Below, in pieces: positions 1 through 11,303 of a stretch of 64,000 nucleotides of DNA. Below the pieces are notes generated by a model. It did not search any database and was not told where the DNA came from. It saw nothing but the letters and a program-made list of their open reading frames with translations. This DNA comes from Phormidesmis sp. (lineage in GTDB: Bacteria > Cyanobacteriota > Cyanobacteriia > Leptolyngbyales > Leptolyngbyaceae). A program made the position numbers and the translations under genes. Each line of letters opens with the position of its first letter. Positions within the stretch are counted from its first letter, which is position 1. The stretch spans positions 1,248,001-1,312,000 of the forward strand of contig CBDFJR010000005.1 in the NCBI GenBank assembly GCA_965248535.1, in the 5' to 3' direction.

Positions 1-1869
1 ATCCTAATCGCCGGATCAATACCCGAACTTCTTCTCTGTTAAACGTCTTGCGTCGCTTCGGAGGATAGAACCCCTCTTGACGAAGACACTGAACAATCTC
101 GTCAGTGGGGATACCTGCTTGAACGAGTTGTTCAAGGCGTTGGCACAATTGAGGATAGTTGCTGAGTTGAGTCCATGTTGCAACGGGACGAATCAGGTTC
201 AGGTTACTGATTGCTCCACCTGTCCATTCAAGTTTAATCTTAACCTGTTCACTATTTCCTTCAACGTTGATGATCACCTTTTTAACGACTTATCGAATAA
301 TTTCTTTTCGCTGTGTTTGAGTTGTTGTTTTAGCATTCCATAGTATCGGAATATCTTCTGCTAGTTTATGGATCATCTGGCGTTCTTCATTCGTGAGTAA
401 TCTCGATTGTTGATGCATGAACCGTTGGTAATCCTCTTGCAGTTGTTGTTGAATGTTCAGTTTCGTTTCCCATTCTCGTGCTAATTGTCGTGCCACTAAG
501 TGGTTTTCAGGTTCGACCAACCGATAGTGCCGCGCGGTTCGCTCTGCCTCAAACGCGGCTCGCTCTAACCGTTGCTGCCAAAGTTGATCTAGCTCGGTGC
601 GCTCTTGTTCTAAATGGGAAGCGGCAGCAAGCGATAACTCCAGTGCCGCAGGTTCTAATGCGTTTAACACCTGCTCCACAACCAACTCATCTAAACAGGC
701 TCCAGCGATCTGCTGGCAGACTTTACCGCCATAATCGCATAGCTCGCGCATACAGATGTAGCGATGATTTTGTTGTCGATGGTACTGCACGCTCATCCGA
801 CACCCACAACGTCCGCATGTGACTAATCCAGACAGCAAAGAGATGCCCGGACGGGTACTCCCTAACTCATCGGCACGAGTTCGATTCGATTTCAACTGAG
901 CTAGATTCTGTTCGTACTGCTGCCAGGAAATGTAAGCTGGATGGTGGTCGTGAATCAAGACTTGCCATTCCGCTCGTGGGGTGACGACACAGCCTTGGTA
1001 GGGTCGTCCTGCTTTCCGTCCTGCCTGCTGTTTGCTCAGGTCGGTGTGACTTCGACCGTAAGCATAGGCACCTCCATACGCCGGATTCTTTAACAGGTTT
1101 TGCAGCGTGGCACGATTGGGACGGTGCCATTCGAGATCTCCCTGATTCGCACCGGACAAAACGCGCACTCCTACTTGGATCTGATGACCTACTAAGTAGC
1201 GCAGCACCGCACCGCATTCAAGGTGCCTAGCTCCTCAAACTTCCGGAAGATCAGCTTCACCACTTGTTGCACTTGCTCATCAGGGTCGAAGCAAATCTCC
1301 CCAGACAAACGACGCACATAGCCAATCGGCAGATGAAACCCTAACTCTCCCCGTTGCGCTTTATTTAACTTGCCTTGCAGCATTCGTTGTTTCAGAATAT
1401 GCAACTCGGCTTCACTCATGGTGCCTTTCAACCCCAACAGTAAGCGGTCGTTGTACTGACTCGGATCATAGATGCCATCCACATCCGCAATCAGGGTGCG
1501 GAACAGGGCACACACTTCTAACAAGTGATGCCAATCTTTGGAAGAGCGTGCCAACCGTGACATCTCAATTCCTAGAATTAATCCGACATGGTTCAGACTG
1601 ACTTCGGTGACGAGGCGCTGAAAGCCGCTACGACCTTCTGCACTACTGCCCGACTTGCCTAAATCCTCATCAATGGTCAGAATTCGCTCTGGACTCCACC
1701 CTAACGCTTCTGCCCGATGCACCAGTCCATACTGAAGTCGAGTGGATTCTTGATGATCCAGAACTTGTTGTAATGTGGACTGTCGGACGTACACGACCGC
1801 GAGGCGATCTAGATGGTGCGGCAACAGCTTTTCTGACACGAAGCCTTGGACGGGCAGATTAGGAGTCAT
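1..1869 (-). pseudogene. Large serine recombinase (resolvase + recombinase + Zn-ribbon), frameshifted with in-frame stop; runs off window start
   Basis: VVYVRQST catalytic motif, DLGKSG, EMSRLAR in ORF 1192..1899; CGRCG ribbon and coiled coil in 290..1207; 5-bp duplication at 1204-1213 breaks LNAVLRYL; in-frame TAA at 290-292 after which the frame continues (VVKKVIINVEG...). Confidence 0.9.
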
Positions 1870-2068
1870 GCGCCTGACCCTCCACCGAGGGAGCCACAAC
1901 CTGGTTCTCCAGCATTTGGCTCAACACCCAGATCAGGCGTTTGCGGTTGGCAGTCGGGAGTTGATCCCACACATTCTGAGTCAGACTGGCAGGCGGGGGG
2001 GAGGGGTTCTCTCTGGCATACAGTACCTTCTGGGTGAGACGTGAGGGTGATAGCTTGAATGTTTGCAA
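1859..2068 (-). CDS. Small hypothetical protein overlapping the recombinase start
   Basis: 69-aa ORF (VWDQLPTANRKRLIWVLSQML) whose 3' end overlaps the recombinase ATG. Confidence 0.5.
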   Translation of the reverse strand: MQTFKLSPSRLTQKVLYARENPSPPPASLTQNVWDQLPTANRKRLIWVLSQMLENQVVAPSVEGQAHDS

Positions 2069-2125
2069 GCGTATTCACGAGGCGAAGTAAACCTTCGATT
2101 CCTAGTTTAGGCGATTGAGTCGATT

Positions 2126-2478
2126 TTGGATTTATCGGGGTGTTGTGGCTGCCAGATTGAATTTCTCTTCCGGGATGCCAAGCAGTTTACGGGACTGGGG
2201 GATTGTCAAGCCCGCGATGTCTTGAAGCTGGACTTTCACTTCAATGCCAGTTTTACCGCTCTCAATTTGGCAAAGTTCGACGCGCATCAACAGCACCAGG
2301 GTCAAGACCCGTTGGTGTTCTCGATGGCAAGTGTCAAACGTCGTGCCTTCAATCAACACCTACTTGAACGATTTATTGCCACCTTAGACTTGGAGCCAAG
2401 CTTGATTAAATCCCATCCCAACTACTCAACCCTTTGCAATTACGGCACTATCGCCGCCTAAAACTGTCCGAAGTATTG
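2126..2478 (+). mobile_element. 3' remnant of a DDE transposase (IS4-like superfamily) with probable right end
   Basis: QIEFLFRDAKQFTGLGDCQAR...LDFHFNAS motif; N-terminus missing; AAACTGTCCGAAGTATTG after stop is a likely terminal repeat. Confidence 0.75.
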
Positions 2479-2539
2479 AATCTGCTAACGGTAGGATAAT
2501 CATTGCAAACTTGAACAGCCTTGCAAAGGAACTTTCAGC

Positions 2540-3062
2540 ATGATTCACGCTTACGGAGTCGAAAAAAAGGGCGGTGAACTTAACCCCTTTGAATATGAGC
2601 CTAGAACTTGGGAGGTGAAGAAGTCGAGATTAAGGTCGAATATTGTGGAATCTGCCACAGCGACTTGAGCATGATCAACTAGTAGCAGGGCATGAAGTGG
2701 TTGGCACGATCGCCCAAGTTGGCAATGAAGTCAAAACTCTCAAACCCGGTCAGCGAGTCGGGCTGGGCTGGGACTCTCGATCGTGCATGACCTGTGAATG
2801 GTGTATGTCAGGCAATCACAATCTGTGCTTGGGGGCAGAAGGCACGATCGTGGGTCGCTATAGTGGGTTTGCCGATGCGGTTCGTGCTCACGAGGCGTGG
2901 GTGATTCCGTTACCTGGAGCGATCGGCATTGGGGGCTTGGGTCACATGGGGCTGCGGTTTCTTCACGCTTGGGGCTGCGATGTGACGGCTTTTTCGACCT
3001 GCCCTGATAAAGAGCCTGAAGCTAGAGAACTGGGAGCCAATCACTTCATCAATTCTCGCGAT
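2540..3062 (+). pseudogene. Zn-dependent NAD(P) alcohol dehydrogenase remnant with frameshifts and internal deletions
   Basis: MIHAYG..., YCGICHSD, GHEVVG, CxxCxxCxxxxxxxC, GIGGLG motifs spread over frames with intervening segments missing; truncated after FINSRD. Confidence 0.85.
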
Positions 3063-3294
3063 GAAAAGGTGGTGCAGGGTGGAAGTGTGGGGCTGCTAGA
3101 TCTTCCGCGTCGAAGGTAAACTTTGGCAGTTTCGGGCAATTACAAAAGATGTCTGGCCCGTAGAGGCGAGGGAAAGGCTTACCCAACAGAAGCGATGGTG
3201 GAGGATGCTGGTAGATATTGGCTCAAAGCTTAATGATGTGAACGATTGCTAAACCAACCGATCGCCCCAACTATCCCGTTATGGCAACTCCTAG

Positions 3295-3591
3295 TTAGGA
3301 GGCCCGGTTGTCAACGAGCGTAGCTACATCAGCAAATTGTATGGTAGGTCGGATGCCATATAGCTCAGTTACTTGTTCGATTAGTTGCGGCGAAAAAAAT
3401 GCCTTCGCTGCCTCCTCAGAATCCCAAACATAGAAATTAAGCGCCTCTTGGTTGACTGAATCAACCGTGAATGTCTTTGAACGGAGCCCAGGCATGCCTT
3501 CAAACTTTGCTCGTGCTCCGTCTGCGATCTGCCGCACGTATGCCTCATTGAATTCGCTTTCATAGCGAAAACGGATAAAAACTGCGATCAT
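3295..3591 (-). CDS. YdhR-like putative monooxygenase (dimeric alpha/beta barrel)
   Basis: 98 aa; PGLRSKTF...NFYVWDSEEAAKAF pattern. Confidence 0.7.
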   Translation of the reverse strand: MIAVFIRFRYESEFNEAYVRQIADGARAKFEGMPGLRSKTFTVDSVNQEALNFYVWDSEEAAKAFFSPQLIEQVTELYGIRPTIQFADVATLVDNRAS

Positions 3592-4740
3592 GGTAGGCTC
3601 CTTGTCTGTTTTCGTCGTGGGTAATGTTTAGTTCAACTCCTACAACCACAGGAATGAAACATACTATAGGTTGCGAAAACTTTTCTAATTTCCGTAACCT
3701 AAATCTATCACTTGTTTGCCTGCTTGAACTCATTGGAGCTAAAAGTTGCCACCAGGGAAGCTCATGACCAATTGTTGAATAATTCACGCAATTGATGAAT
3801 CATTCAACGTGAGTGCCTCTCGAAACTCTTGCCTTTTCTCGGCTTTTGAAAGGGCCCAGATAATAAATTTGGTGGGGAAAAGAAGTGTAGACTTCTACCC
3901 ACCAAAATAGTGTAGATTGACGCGAAGATAACGAGTTCATCAGAGACACCTGTAGTTTCTAAGCCTGGCTCAAAGCGGTCAAATTTAAAAGACTTCGGCT
4001 GCAAATCAAGCGTGAACTAATAGATATTGAGCATTGCCTAACACCTTGCCCGCACCACTCCTAAAATGCTGCATACACAGAAGCAAATACAGTCTCCAGA
4101 TTCGCCGGAACTTGCTATAGCTCATGCCATAGTCTAGTCTTTGAAGCTGGGTTTGGTGATCGTCAAAGTTTTTGAGCCACACTCTTAGCGTCTGGGCGTA
4201 GCTGTTGCCATTGATATACCACTGGCTAACGGTTTTGATGTCTTGATTGATCTGTGGCATCACGTCACAATTCCACACCCGCATATTGGGAAAGATATAT
4301 TGATTGATAAACGGATGGGTGATGTTGCTGGGCAGTTGAGTGCTAATGATGTGAATGAATACTTTCCCATGAGGGTTGAGATAAGTTGCCAGTTTATGGC
4401 AGGATCTCGTCAAGTTGCCAATATGCTCAAATAGCCCGATCGCGATGATTTTGTCGAATCTTGTCACAAACTGCACGTCGTTAAAATCTGCCTCATAGAG
4501 CCTGAAACGATCAGAACTCAGGTGGCTTTCAGGGAGTTGCATTTTCTGGCGAATATAGTCACATTGCGGGTGGCTGAGATTGACAGCAGTGACTCTAGCG
4601 TGAGGAAATCGAGCCAAGATATAGTTTGAGGCAGCACCCCAACCACAGCCCAAGTCTAATATCTCGTCACCATCGTTGATGCCGAGTTTTTCGATCACAT
4701 CATCTAGCATATGCCGTTGAGCTTGCTCTAGATGGGTGGC

Positions 4741-5045
4741 TCCTTTGTCCCACAGGGCCATGGTGTATTTGGGGTATATCAGTGCCCCTTCGCCCACGCT
4801 AGGACATTTGCTTGCCCTGCACGTCACGCCTGCGAACGAGCAAGACCGAGCGCAGGTCGCAGAACTGATGCACCAAGTGCAGCAGATGACGGGGGAATCC
4901 GTTGAGGTCGCCATCGCGGTTTCGGCGATTAGCGCGAGATTACGAGCGGCTCACAGAAACCCTAATTGGCTTTCACCTGATTGCGTTTGTAATAGTGAGT
5001 ATCATCCTTTGTCCCACAGGGCCATGGTGTATTTGGGGTATATCA
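4741..5045. repeat. 41-bp perfect direct repeat (4741-4781 and 5005-5045)
   Basis: tcctttgtcccacagggccatggtgtatttggggtatatca occurs twice. Confidence 0.95.
4796..5004 (+). mobile_element. Internally deleted IS5-family transposase fragment
   Basis: [21 protein letters not shown]...ESVEVA joined directly to C-terminal [24 protein letters not shown]. Confidence 0.8.
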
Positions 5046-5393
5046 TGTTGAAAGAGAGTCTTGGGCAAATCGTACTGAATCTGCATTAAGTGTTGCGGGT
5101 CTTCAGCGAGATGCTTGCTTTCTTGCGATAGCCATTCATAGGGCACCAATAGCTCAGAAAAGTGTTTGTAGTTGGTCTGTGCGGAGACATTGAGCAATGA
5201 CTTTAGGGCCGCGTCAGGAATCTCTAAACCGTTGATGTAGGCTTCTGTGCCTGCGGTGGCGAGGATGCTGTTTAGAGCGATCGCCGTGCGAGCAAAAATG
5301 GAATGAGTTGAGGGTGAGGTCGATCCATTTTTCTCTAAAAGCGTCTGCATGGGGGCAGCTTGTGGATTACTCGCAGAACTCATGGGTACACTC

Positions 5394-5591
5394 CTAATGG
5401 GTTAGGGTTGGGACAGCGATCGAGCTTAAACGACTTCTGTTAGGCATGGGAGACAAGAGAGGGCTTGTCAATTGGCTATTTTTTAGTTCAAAAACGGGCA
5501 TTTCTTGCCAGCAAGTTCGGCAAAACCAGTAGGTAGATCTCCCTTTGATGTGGCGAAGAAGGGTATCGGAGCAACAAAGACAATTTTGCAT
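5394..5591 (-). CDS. Small cyanobacterial Cys-rich (Zn-ribbon-like) protein
   Basis: CLCCSDTLLRH...YWFCRTCWQEMP. Confidence 0.7.
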   Translation of the reverse strand: MQNCLCCSDTLLRHIKGRSTYWFCRTCWQEMPVFELKNSQLTSPLLSPMPNRSRLSSIAVPTLTH

Positions 5592-6046
5592 AAGCTCCAA
5601 CTCTGGCTAATTAAATTAATTGATTAAAGTCAGCCGATTAAGGAGTAGGACTGCTGATCGCTAGGGCATAGGGCAGTTGTTGACCCCGATCGCCCACGGT
5701 GATTTTCACTATTTATAAACTGACTAAAAACGTAAAGAATGATGAGTGAATCTATAAACCAGGGAGTAAATCTTAGATTTAAGACTTGGCTGATCTCTGC
5801 TCTGAGACTTGACGCTGTATCGATCGCGAGTGAAGTCGCAGAGAGACACCTGTTCACTCACCTATATTGGCATAGCTGACGCGGTTGAAAAATCTATCGA
5901 CTGATAGAGATAAAATTAAAACATCTTCATAATCTAATTCAAATTAGAAATGAATAAAGATTTAAATCGACTAATCGGCTAAAAATGCAAAAATAGTACC
6001 TTCCACTCTCATTTCAAAACATAAAATGAGACTCTAAAAAAAGAGA

Positions 6047-6451
6047 TCAGCAAAACAATTTTGACCAATCTGCATTCATTAAGGCAATGGTCGGGTCGCG
6101 CTGAATTGCCTGATAATAGCGTTGCTCAGAAGCGCTGCCTGTTGCAGCAGGCTGAAGTAACGTGCGGGCTTGGCTCAAAAACTCAGTGGCTTGGGTGCTA
6201 TTGATCGGCTCTTTGGCCGCCAATGCTTCGTCAACTTGAACGATAAACTGCGAGACGGGACGCAGCCAGCTAAACCATTCATCATCTAAAACGAGCCGAA
6301 ACAACTCGCCCTGCGATCGGATCGGCCCATGAGTCTGCTCATAGGCTTCGCGTTCAGAGTCAAGCAAGGCTTTGTGGAGACGCAGCAGCGATAGACGCAC
6401 GGCTTTGAGGTGTTGCAGCGTAGCGTCAAGAGAGGGATCGATCGCAGACAT
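6047..6451 (-). CDS. Conserved hypothetical helical protein
   Basis: 134-aa ORF with LLRLHKALLD...WFSWLRPVSQFIVQVDE pattern, GAGG-like context absent but protein-like composition. Confidence 0.7.
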   Translation of the reverse strand: MSAIDPSLDATLQHLKAVRLSLLRLHKALLDSEREAYEQTHGPIRSQGELFRLVLDDEWFSWLRPVSQFIVQVDEALAAKEPINSTQATEFLSQARTLLQPAATGSASEQRYYQAIQRDPTIALMNADWSKLFC

Positions 6452-6514
6452 GAGGCAAAACTCGCAGTAAACACTTCCTCTATCCTGTCACATTCTGCGA
6501 GGCCTAAAAACCCC

Positions 6515-7370
6515 TCATCTTAGCGTTTGAATGTCTTCAACGCTTAAGCCAGTGGTCTGACTGATGGTTTCGATATCTAAAACATCTAATAGCTGCCGGG
6601 CGATGGCGATCGCGCTTTGTTTGGCCCCGATCGCTTCACCTTCTAGCCTGCCTTCTTGTCGGGCTTTGAGAATCGCGTTGCGGCTGTCGTGAATAAAAAT
6701 TTCTCGCTTTTCTAAAACTTCTAACTCTTTGCGCGTTAACTTGCTTTGTTTAGCGACACTAAAGGCGTGATTGATCTCAGGAATCGACTCTAGGCTAGAG
6801 GGCACCGCTTCAAGCTGGTTGGCGCATTTGAGGAAATACAGCCACTTATCACTAATCGATTCCAGTTCTCTGAGCGGTTTGTCAAATTTGGGTAACTCAA
6901 CAAACACAAGCTCGATATCGTCACTGTAATCAGTCAGTTCATCTTGTTCTTTAAGTCTGTATCGAGAAATGACTTTAGGGCTTTCAGAAAACATTTCAAA
7001 ATCTGTGATCGTGAGCGCAATCACAGGATTTAACAAGGTGTAATCGTCTCCTACGTTTAGCTGAATCGAAAATGCCTTTGCAGCGTTGTAAAGAACTCGC
7101 TTCTCAAATCCTAAAACGTTGAGCACCTGCATTTCGATAATCACCGTTTTGTGACCCACGATCGTGGCCTTGACATCCAAGATAAGAGTCTTTAATGCCC
7201 TTAATTCGCGGCGCTTGATAGGGATCGAGAATCTCTAGATCTTCAATAATCGGCCGAGATTGATACAAAATCGCGTTGAGAAAACTGATCAAGATATCTT
7301 TGCTCTGCTTTGAGCCAAAGATCTTCTTAAACGCAAAATCTGTTTTGGGATTGATGTAAACGCCCGACAT
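6515..7370 (-). pseudogene. Rpn-family PD-(D/E)XK nuclease/putative transposase, +1 frameshift near 7178
   Basis: INPKTDFAFKKIFG; DSYL/DVKA...IIEMQ; FVELPKF; one extra base in TATCTTGGATGTC splits ORFs 7104..7370 and 6515..7180. Confidence 0.85.
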
Positions 7371-7632
7371 CGCGATCGCTCACAAAGACTGTCTCTATCC
7401 TACCAATCAGACGGGAAACCCATCTCTTTTGACGGGTTCTCTCCCAAAGCGGCGATCGCGCTCTCATCCCCCATCGGTAACTCCCACTCTTTCGTTACGG
7501 TTTGCCTCAGTGCCCTAATCTACTGCACATCTTAAATTAGATTCATGCAGGTGAGAGCGGTCAAGTTAAACCCTTCCCTCGCTCCAATTCCCTCTCTGTC
7601 AAAAGCTACTCTCTCTCAAAAGGTAACGTCTT

Positions 7633-8154
7633 ATGATGACTCTCGTTAATTGGCAACCCTGGCAAGAAATGGAAGCGATGCGTCGTCAGTTCGATCGCGT
7701 CTTTGAAGACCTAGCAACGGTCAAGCGTGTTGAACCCACCTGGCAACCCGCCGTCGAACTTCAGAGCAGCGATGCCGAATTTGTGCTCCGAGTCCAGCTT
7801 CCTGGCATCGAAGCTAAGGATCTGGCGGTAAAAATCGGTCGCAACGGTGTGGCGCTCTCTGGTGAGCACAAGGCTGAAACCAACACCGAAGAAAATGGCT
7901 TCTTCCGCTCTGAGTTTCGCTATGGCAAGTTTCAGCGCGCGATCTCGCTGCCCTCCCCGGTGGAAAACGATCGGGTCACTGCTGACTTTAAAGATGGCAT
8001 TCTGACCTTGACGCTGCCCAAAGTGCAGGCTGTTCGCCCCTCAGTGGTGACGCTGAATCTGACCGGGCCGAATGAAGCTGATCAAGCTGAAACGGCTACG
8101 ATCGCCTCCTCCACAGACCCGTCTGAAACGGGCGATGCCTGGGCCCAAAGCTAG
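7633..8154 (+). CDS. Hsp20/alpha-crystallin small heat-shock protein
   Basis: WQPWQEM, LPGI, RSEFRYGKFQR, ADFKDGILTLTLPK. Confidence 0.95.
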   Translation: MMTLVNWQPWQEMEAMRRQFDRVFEDLATVKRVEPTWQPAVELQSSDAEFVLRVQLPGIEAKDLAVKIGRNGVALSGEHKAETNTEENGFFRSEFRYGKFQRAISLPSPVENDRVTADFKDGILTLTLPKVQAVRPSVVTLNLTGPNEADQAETATIASSTDPSETGDAWAQS

Positions 8155-8488
8155 AAAAAGCTGAGTTTTGCGGGCTGAATTGGATTGATTTGGCCCGCAA
8201 AATTCTCTCAACCGCCCTCCTTCAGGTTCGGTAAATACGCCTTCATGGATTGACGGAACCTGAACACTATATAAGGAGGGGATCGAATGCCGCTCAGTTG
8301 GCATTGAGTGTATTACTCTCTCACGACCTGACTTGGAGGACGAATTTCGCTGGGCAAGCACCACTCATGCAAAGGGTTTTAAAGCCCGTTTGAGTCCTGG
8401 CTGCCCTCCTTTGCCGATTCTGGCTGACAACGCCAGTCCCCTCATAACCCCTAAAAATCGCATTTATTGTTGGAGCCAAAGCACTCAT

Positions 8489-10402
8489 ATGGCAAAAGTT
8501 GTTGGAATTGACTTAGGTACTACAAACTCCTGTGTCGCCGTGATGGAAGGCGGCAAACCGACCGTAATCGCTAACGCTGAAGGGGCGAGAACCACGCCCT
8601 CAATCGTAGCTTTCGTAAAAAATGGCGATCGCCTCGTCGGTCAAATCGCCAAGCGTCAAGCTGTGATGAACTCCGAAAATACCTTCTATTCAGTGAAACG
8701 GTTTATCGGTCGGCGATTTGATGAGATCACCCATGAAGCCACCGAAGTTTCTTATAAAGTCCTCAATGTAGGTGGCAACGTTAAGCTCGATTGCCCCGCT
8801 GCTGGCAAGCAATTTGCCCCCGAAGAAATCTCTGCCCAAGTGCTTCGCAAACTGATCGAAGATGCCAGCAAATATCTCGGCGAAACGGTGACTCAAGCCG
8901 TGATCACGGTTCCGGCTTATTTTAACGACTCGCAGCGCCAAGCGACCAAAGACGCTGGAAAAATCGCGGGTGTAGAAGTCTTGCGGATTGTCAACGAGCC
9001 GACCGCAGCCTCCTTGGCCTATGGCTTAGAGAAGAAAAGCAACGAAACGATTATCGTCTTTGACCTAGGTGGCGGTACGTTTGACGTATCGATCCTAGAA
9101 GTTGGCGATGGCGTGTTTGAGGTGTTAGCCACGTCTGGTGACACTCACTTGGGCGGAGACGACTTTGACAAGAAGATCGTCGATTATCTCGCGGGTGAGT
9201 TTCAGCGATCGGAAGGCATCGACCTCCGCAAAGATAAGCAAGCCTTGCAGCGTCTGACTGAGGCGGCTGAAAAAGCGAAGATTGACCTGTCTAACCTGAC
9301 TCAGGCTGACATCAACCTGCCCTTTATCACCGCGACTCAAGACGGCCCCAAGCACCTTGACACCACGTTGACTCGCCAGAAATTTGAAGAACTGTGCGCC
9401 GATCTAATCGATCGCTGCCGCATTCCGGTTGAGGCAGCGCTGCGCGATTCTAAGCTCGACAAGAGCAAGATCGATGAAGTTGTCTTAGTTGGCGGTTCGA
9501 CTCGCATTCCTGCTGTGCAGGCGGTTGTCAAGCGCGTCTTGGGCAAAGACCCTAACCAGACCGTTAACCCTGATGAAGTGGTCGCCATGGGTGCCGCGAT
9601 TCAGGCGGGCATTCTCTCTGGTGAAGCAGGAGCCGAAGGGCTGTTGCTGCTAGATGTCACCCCGCTATCTCTCGGTGTTGAAACCTTGGGCGGCGTGATG
9701 ACCAAGATTATTCCTCGCAACACCACGATCCCCACTAAGAAGTTTGAGGTTTTCTCAACGGCGGTGGATGGACAAAGCAACGTGGAAATTCACGTTTTGC
9801 AGGGTGAGCGCGAAATGTCGAACGACAACAAGAGTCTCGGAACCTTCCGGTTAGACGGCATTCCTCCGGCTCCTCGTGGCGTTCCTCAAATCGAAGTCAC
9901 CTTTGACATTGACGCAAACGGCATTTTGACCGTGGGCGCAAAAGATAAGGGCACGGGCAAAGAGCAGTCAATCAGCATCACGGGCGCTTCGACGTTGCCT
10001 AAAGATGACGTTGAGCGGATGGTGCGCGATGCCGAACAAAACGCCTCGACTGACAAAGAGCGGCGTGAGCGCATCGACCTCAAGAATCAAGCCGATTCTC
10101 TGGCTTATCAAGCTGAAAAGCAGATGAGCGAGTTGGGTGATAAAGTTCCGGCGGATGACAAGACGAAAGTGGATGGGTTGGTCAAAGATCTGAGAGCGGC
10201 GATCGCTGCCGAAGATTTTGACAAGATCAAAACGATGACGACTGATCTCCAACAAGCTCTCTATGGCATCACGACCAACTTATATCAGCAGTCGGGTGGC
10301 GGTGCGGCTCCTGAAGATGGCACTCCTCCTCCGGGAGCGGGTGGCACGACTTCGGGCGGTGGCGATGATGTGATCGATGCTGACTTTACCGAGTCGAAGT
10401 AA
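8489..10402 (+). CDS. dnaK: Chaperone DnaK (Hsp70)
   Basis: [22 protein letters not shown], acidic DDVIDADF tail; start at ATG 8489 after GGAG. Confidence 0.98.
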   Translation: MAKVVGIDLGTTNSCVAVMEGGKPTVIANAEGARTTPSIVAFVKNGDRLVGQIAKRQAVMNSENTFYSVKRFIGRRFDEITHEATEVSYKVLNVGGNVKLDCPAAGKQFAPEEISAQVLRKLIEDASKYLGETVTQAVITVPAYFNDSQRQATKDAGKIAGVEVLRIVNEPTAASLAYGLEKKSNETIIVFDLGGGTFDVSILEVGDGVFEVLATSGDTHLGGDDFDKKIVDYLAGEFQRSEGIDLRKDKQALQRLTEAAEKAKIDLSNLTQADINLPFITATQDGPKHLDTTLTRQKFEELCADLIDRCRIPVEAALRDSKLDKSKIDEVVLVGGSTRIPAVQAVVKRVLGKDPNQTVNPDEVVAMGAAIQAGILSGEAGAEGLLLLDVTPLSLGVETLGGVMTKIIPRNTTIPTKKFEVFSTAVDGQSNVEIHVLQGEREMSNDNKSLGTFRLDGIPPAPRGVPQIEVTFDIDANGILTVGAKDKGTGKEQSISITGASTLPKDDVERMVRDAEQNASTDKERRERIDLKNQADSLAYQAEKQMSELGDKVPADDKTKVDGLVKDLRAAIAAEDFDKIKTMTTDLQQALYGITTNLYQQSGGGAAPEDGTPPPGAGGTTSGGGDDVIDADFTESK

Positions 10403-10446
10403 CTGGGATGGGTAATGAGACTTCTCATTACTAAACGCTAAAAAAT

Positions 10447-10488
10447 AAAGCTGGTAGTCATTCTAAGTTAGAAGCTACCAGCTTTTTT
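10447..10488. terminator. Bidirectional intrinsic terminator between dnaK and Uma2 gene
   Basis: aaagctggtag...ctaccagcttt stem, A-tract before, T-tract after. Confidence 0.8.
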
Positions 10489-10489
10489 G

Positions 10490-11155
10490 TTAGGGAAGAT
10501 CATCAGGATTAACACCGATCGCTCGTAAGTAGTCTTCTAGCTGCTGCGATCGCTGGCGTTCTTGCTCTAACAAAGACTCTGCTTGCTGAATCCGTTGATC
10601 CATCTCGATCGAGGTCAAAAATCGCTGACCATCAGGACGGTAGATCACTAACTCTCCTTGACCTGTCTCAAAGCGAATGCCTAAACGAGGACTAACTTGT
10701 CCATCTAATTGCCACAGCTTTGTGAGATGCCCATCTTGCCGATGCCAGCCATCTAATCGGAACGTGTCGGGATCGTATAAATAATATTCTTCAATCCCAT
10801 AGGTGTCATAAAATTCCAGCTTGCGCTCCATCTCGTCGGCGTTATTGCTAGGAGACAGAATCTCAAAAACCACCTGCGGAGGAATGTTTTCTTCTCGCCA
10901 TTGACGGTAAGAACTGCGCTTGCCTTTGGGTCTGCCGAACACAACCATCACATCGGGAGCTACAGGAGCGATAATGCGAGTCGGAACGGGATACCACAGC
11001 AGATCTCCGGCGATGAAAACGGTTTCGTCATTCGCAAACAGCACTTCTAAGTTCTCTTTGATCGTGACAATCCAACGGAACTGCTCGGTATTGTCCGCCA
11101 TTGGTTTGCCGTCACTATCGGGGAGGTTGAGATTGGTTTGTGAGAAGAGGGTCAT
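10490..11155 (-). CDS. Uma2-family (DUF820) endonuclease-fold protein
   Basis: PDSDGKPMADNT, APDVMV, VFEILSPSN, EEYYLYDP. Confidence 0.93.
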   Translation of the reverse strand: MTLFSQTNLNLPDSDGKPMADNTEQFRWIVTIKENLEVLFANDETVFIAGDLLWYPVPTRIIAPVAPDVMVVFGRPKGKRSSYRQWREENIPPQVVFEILSPSNNADEMERKLEFYDTYGIEEYYLYDPDTFRLDGWHRQDGHLTKLWQLDGQVSPRLGIRFETGQGELVIYRPDGQRFLTSIEMDQRIQQAESLLEQERQRSQQLEDYLRAIGVNPDDLP

Positions 11156-11303
11156 GGGGTAAGCTCGGCTTCTCGGCTTCTCAATTCTAAATCAACCTGG
11201 GGAAGGGCACGATCGCCATTTGCTGCAATCGATGCGGGATGGAAAATCAACCGCCGAGTCAGTCAGGTACAATGGTCTCCTATCCTGCGTCTGCGTTTGC
11301 GCT

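Larger units (their letters stand above)
4006..5383 (-). pseudogene. Cyclopropane-fatty-acyl-phospholipid synthase-like SAM methyltransferase, interrupted
   Basis: LDLGCGWG, FDKIIAIGLFEH, FINQYIFP motifs in 4006..4914; N-terminus in 4973..5383; split by IS5 remnant and 41-bp duplication. Confidence 0.85.

Noticed and set aside
3560..4004. Short ORFs 3560..3787 and 3804..4004
   Set aside because: No motifs or RBS, alternative starts; treated as non-coding, like the antisense shadow ORFs inside core genes.
8281..8320. CIRCE element upstream of dnaK
   Set aside because: Does not fit TTAGCACTC-N9-GAGTGCTAA.
8333..8488. 52-aa N-terminal extension of DnaK
   Set aside because: Canonical [10 protein letters not shown] start with RBS at 8489.
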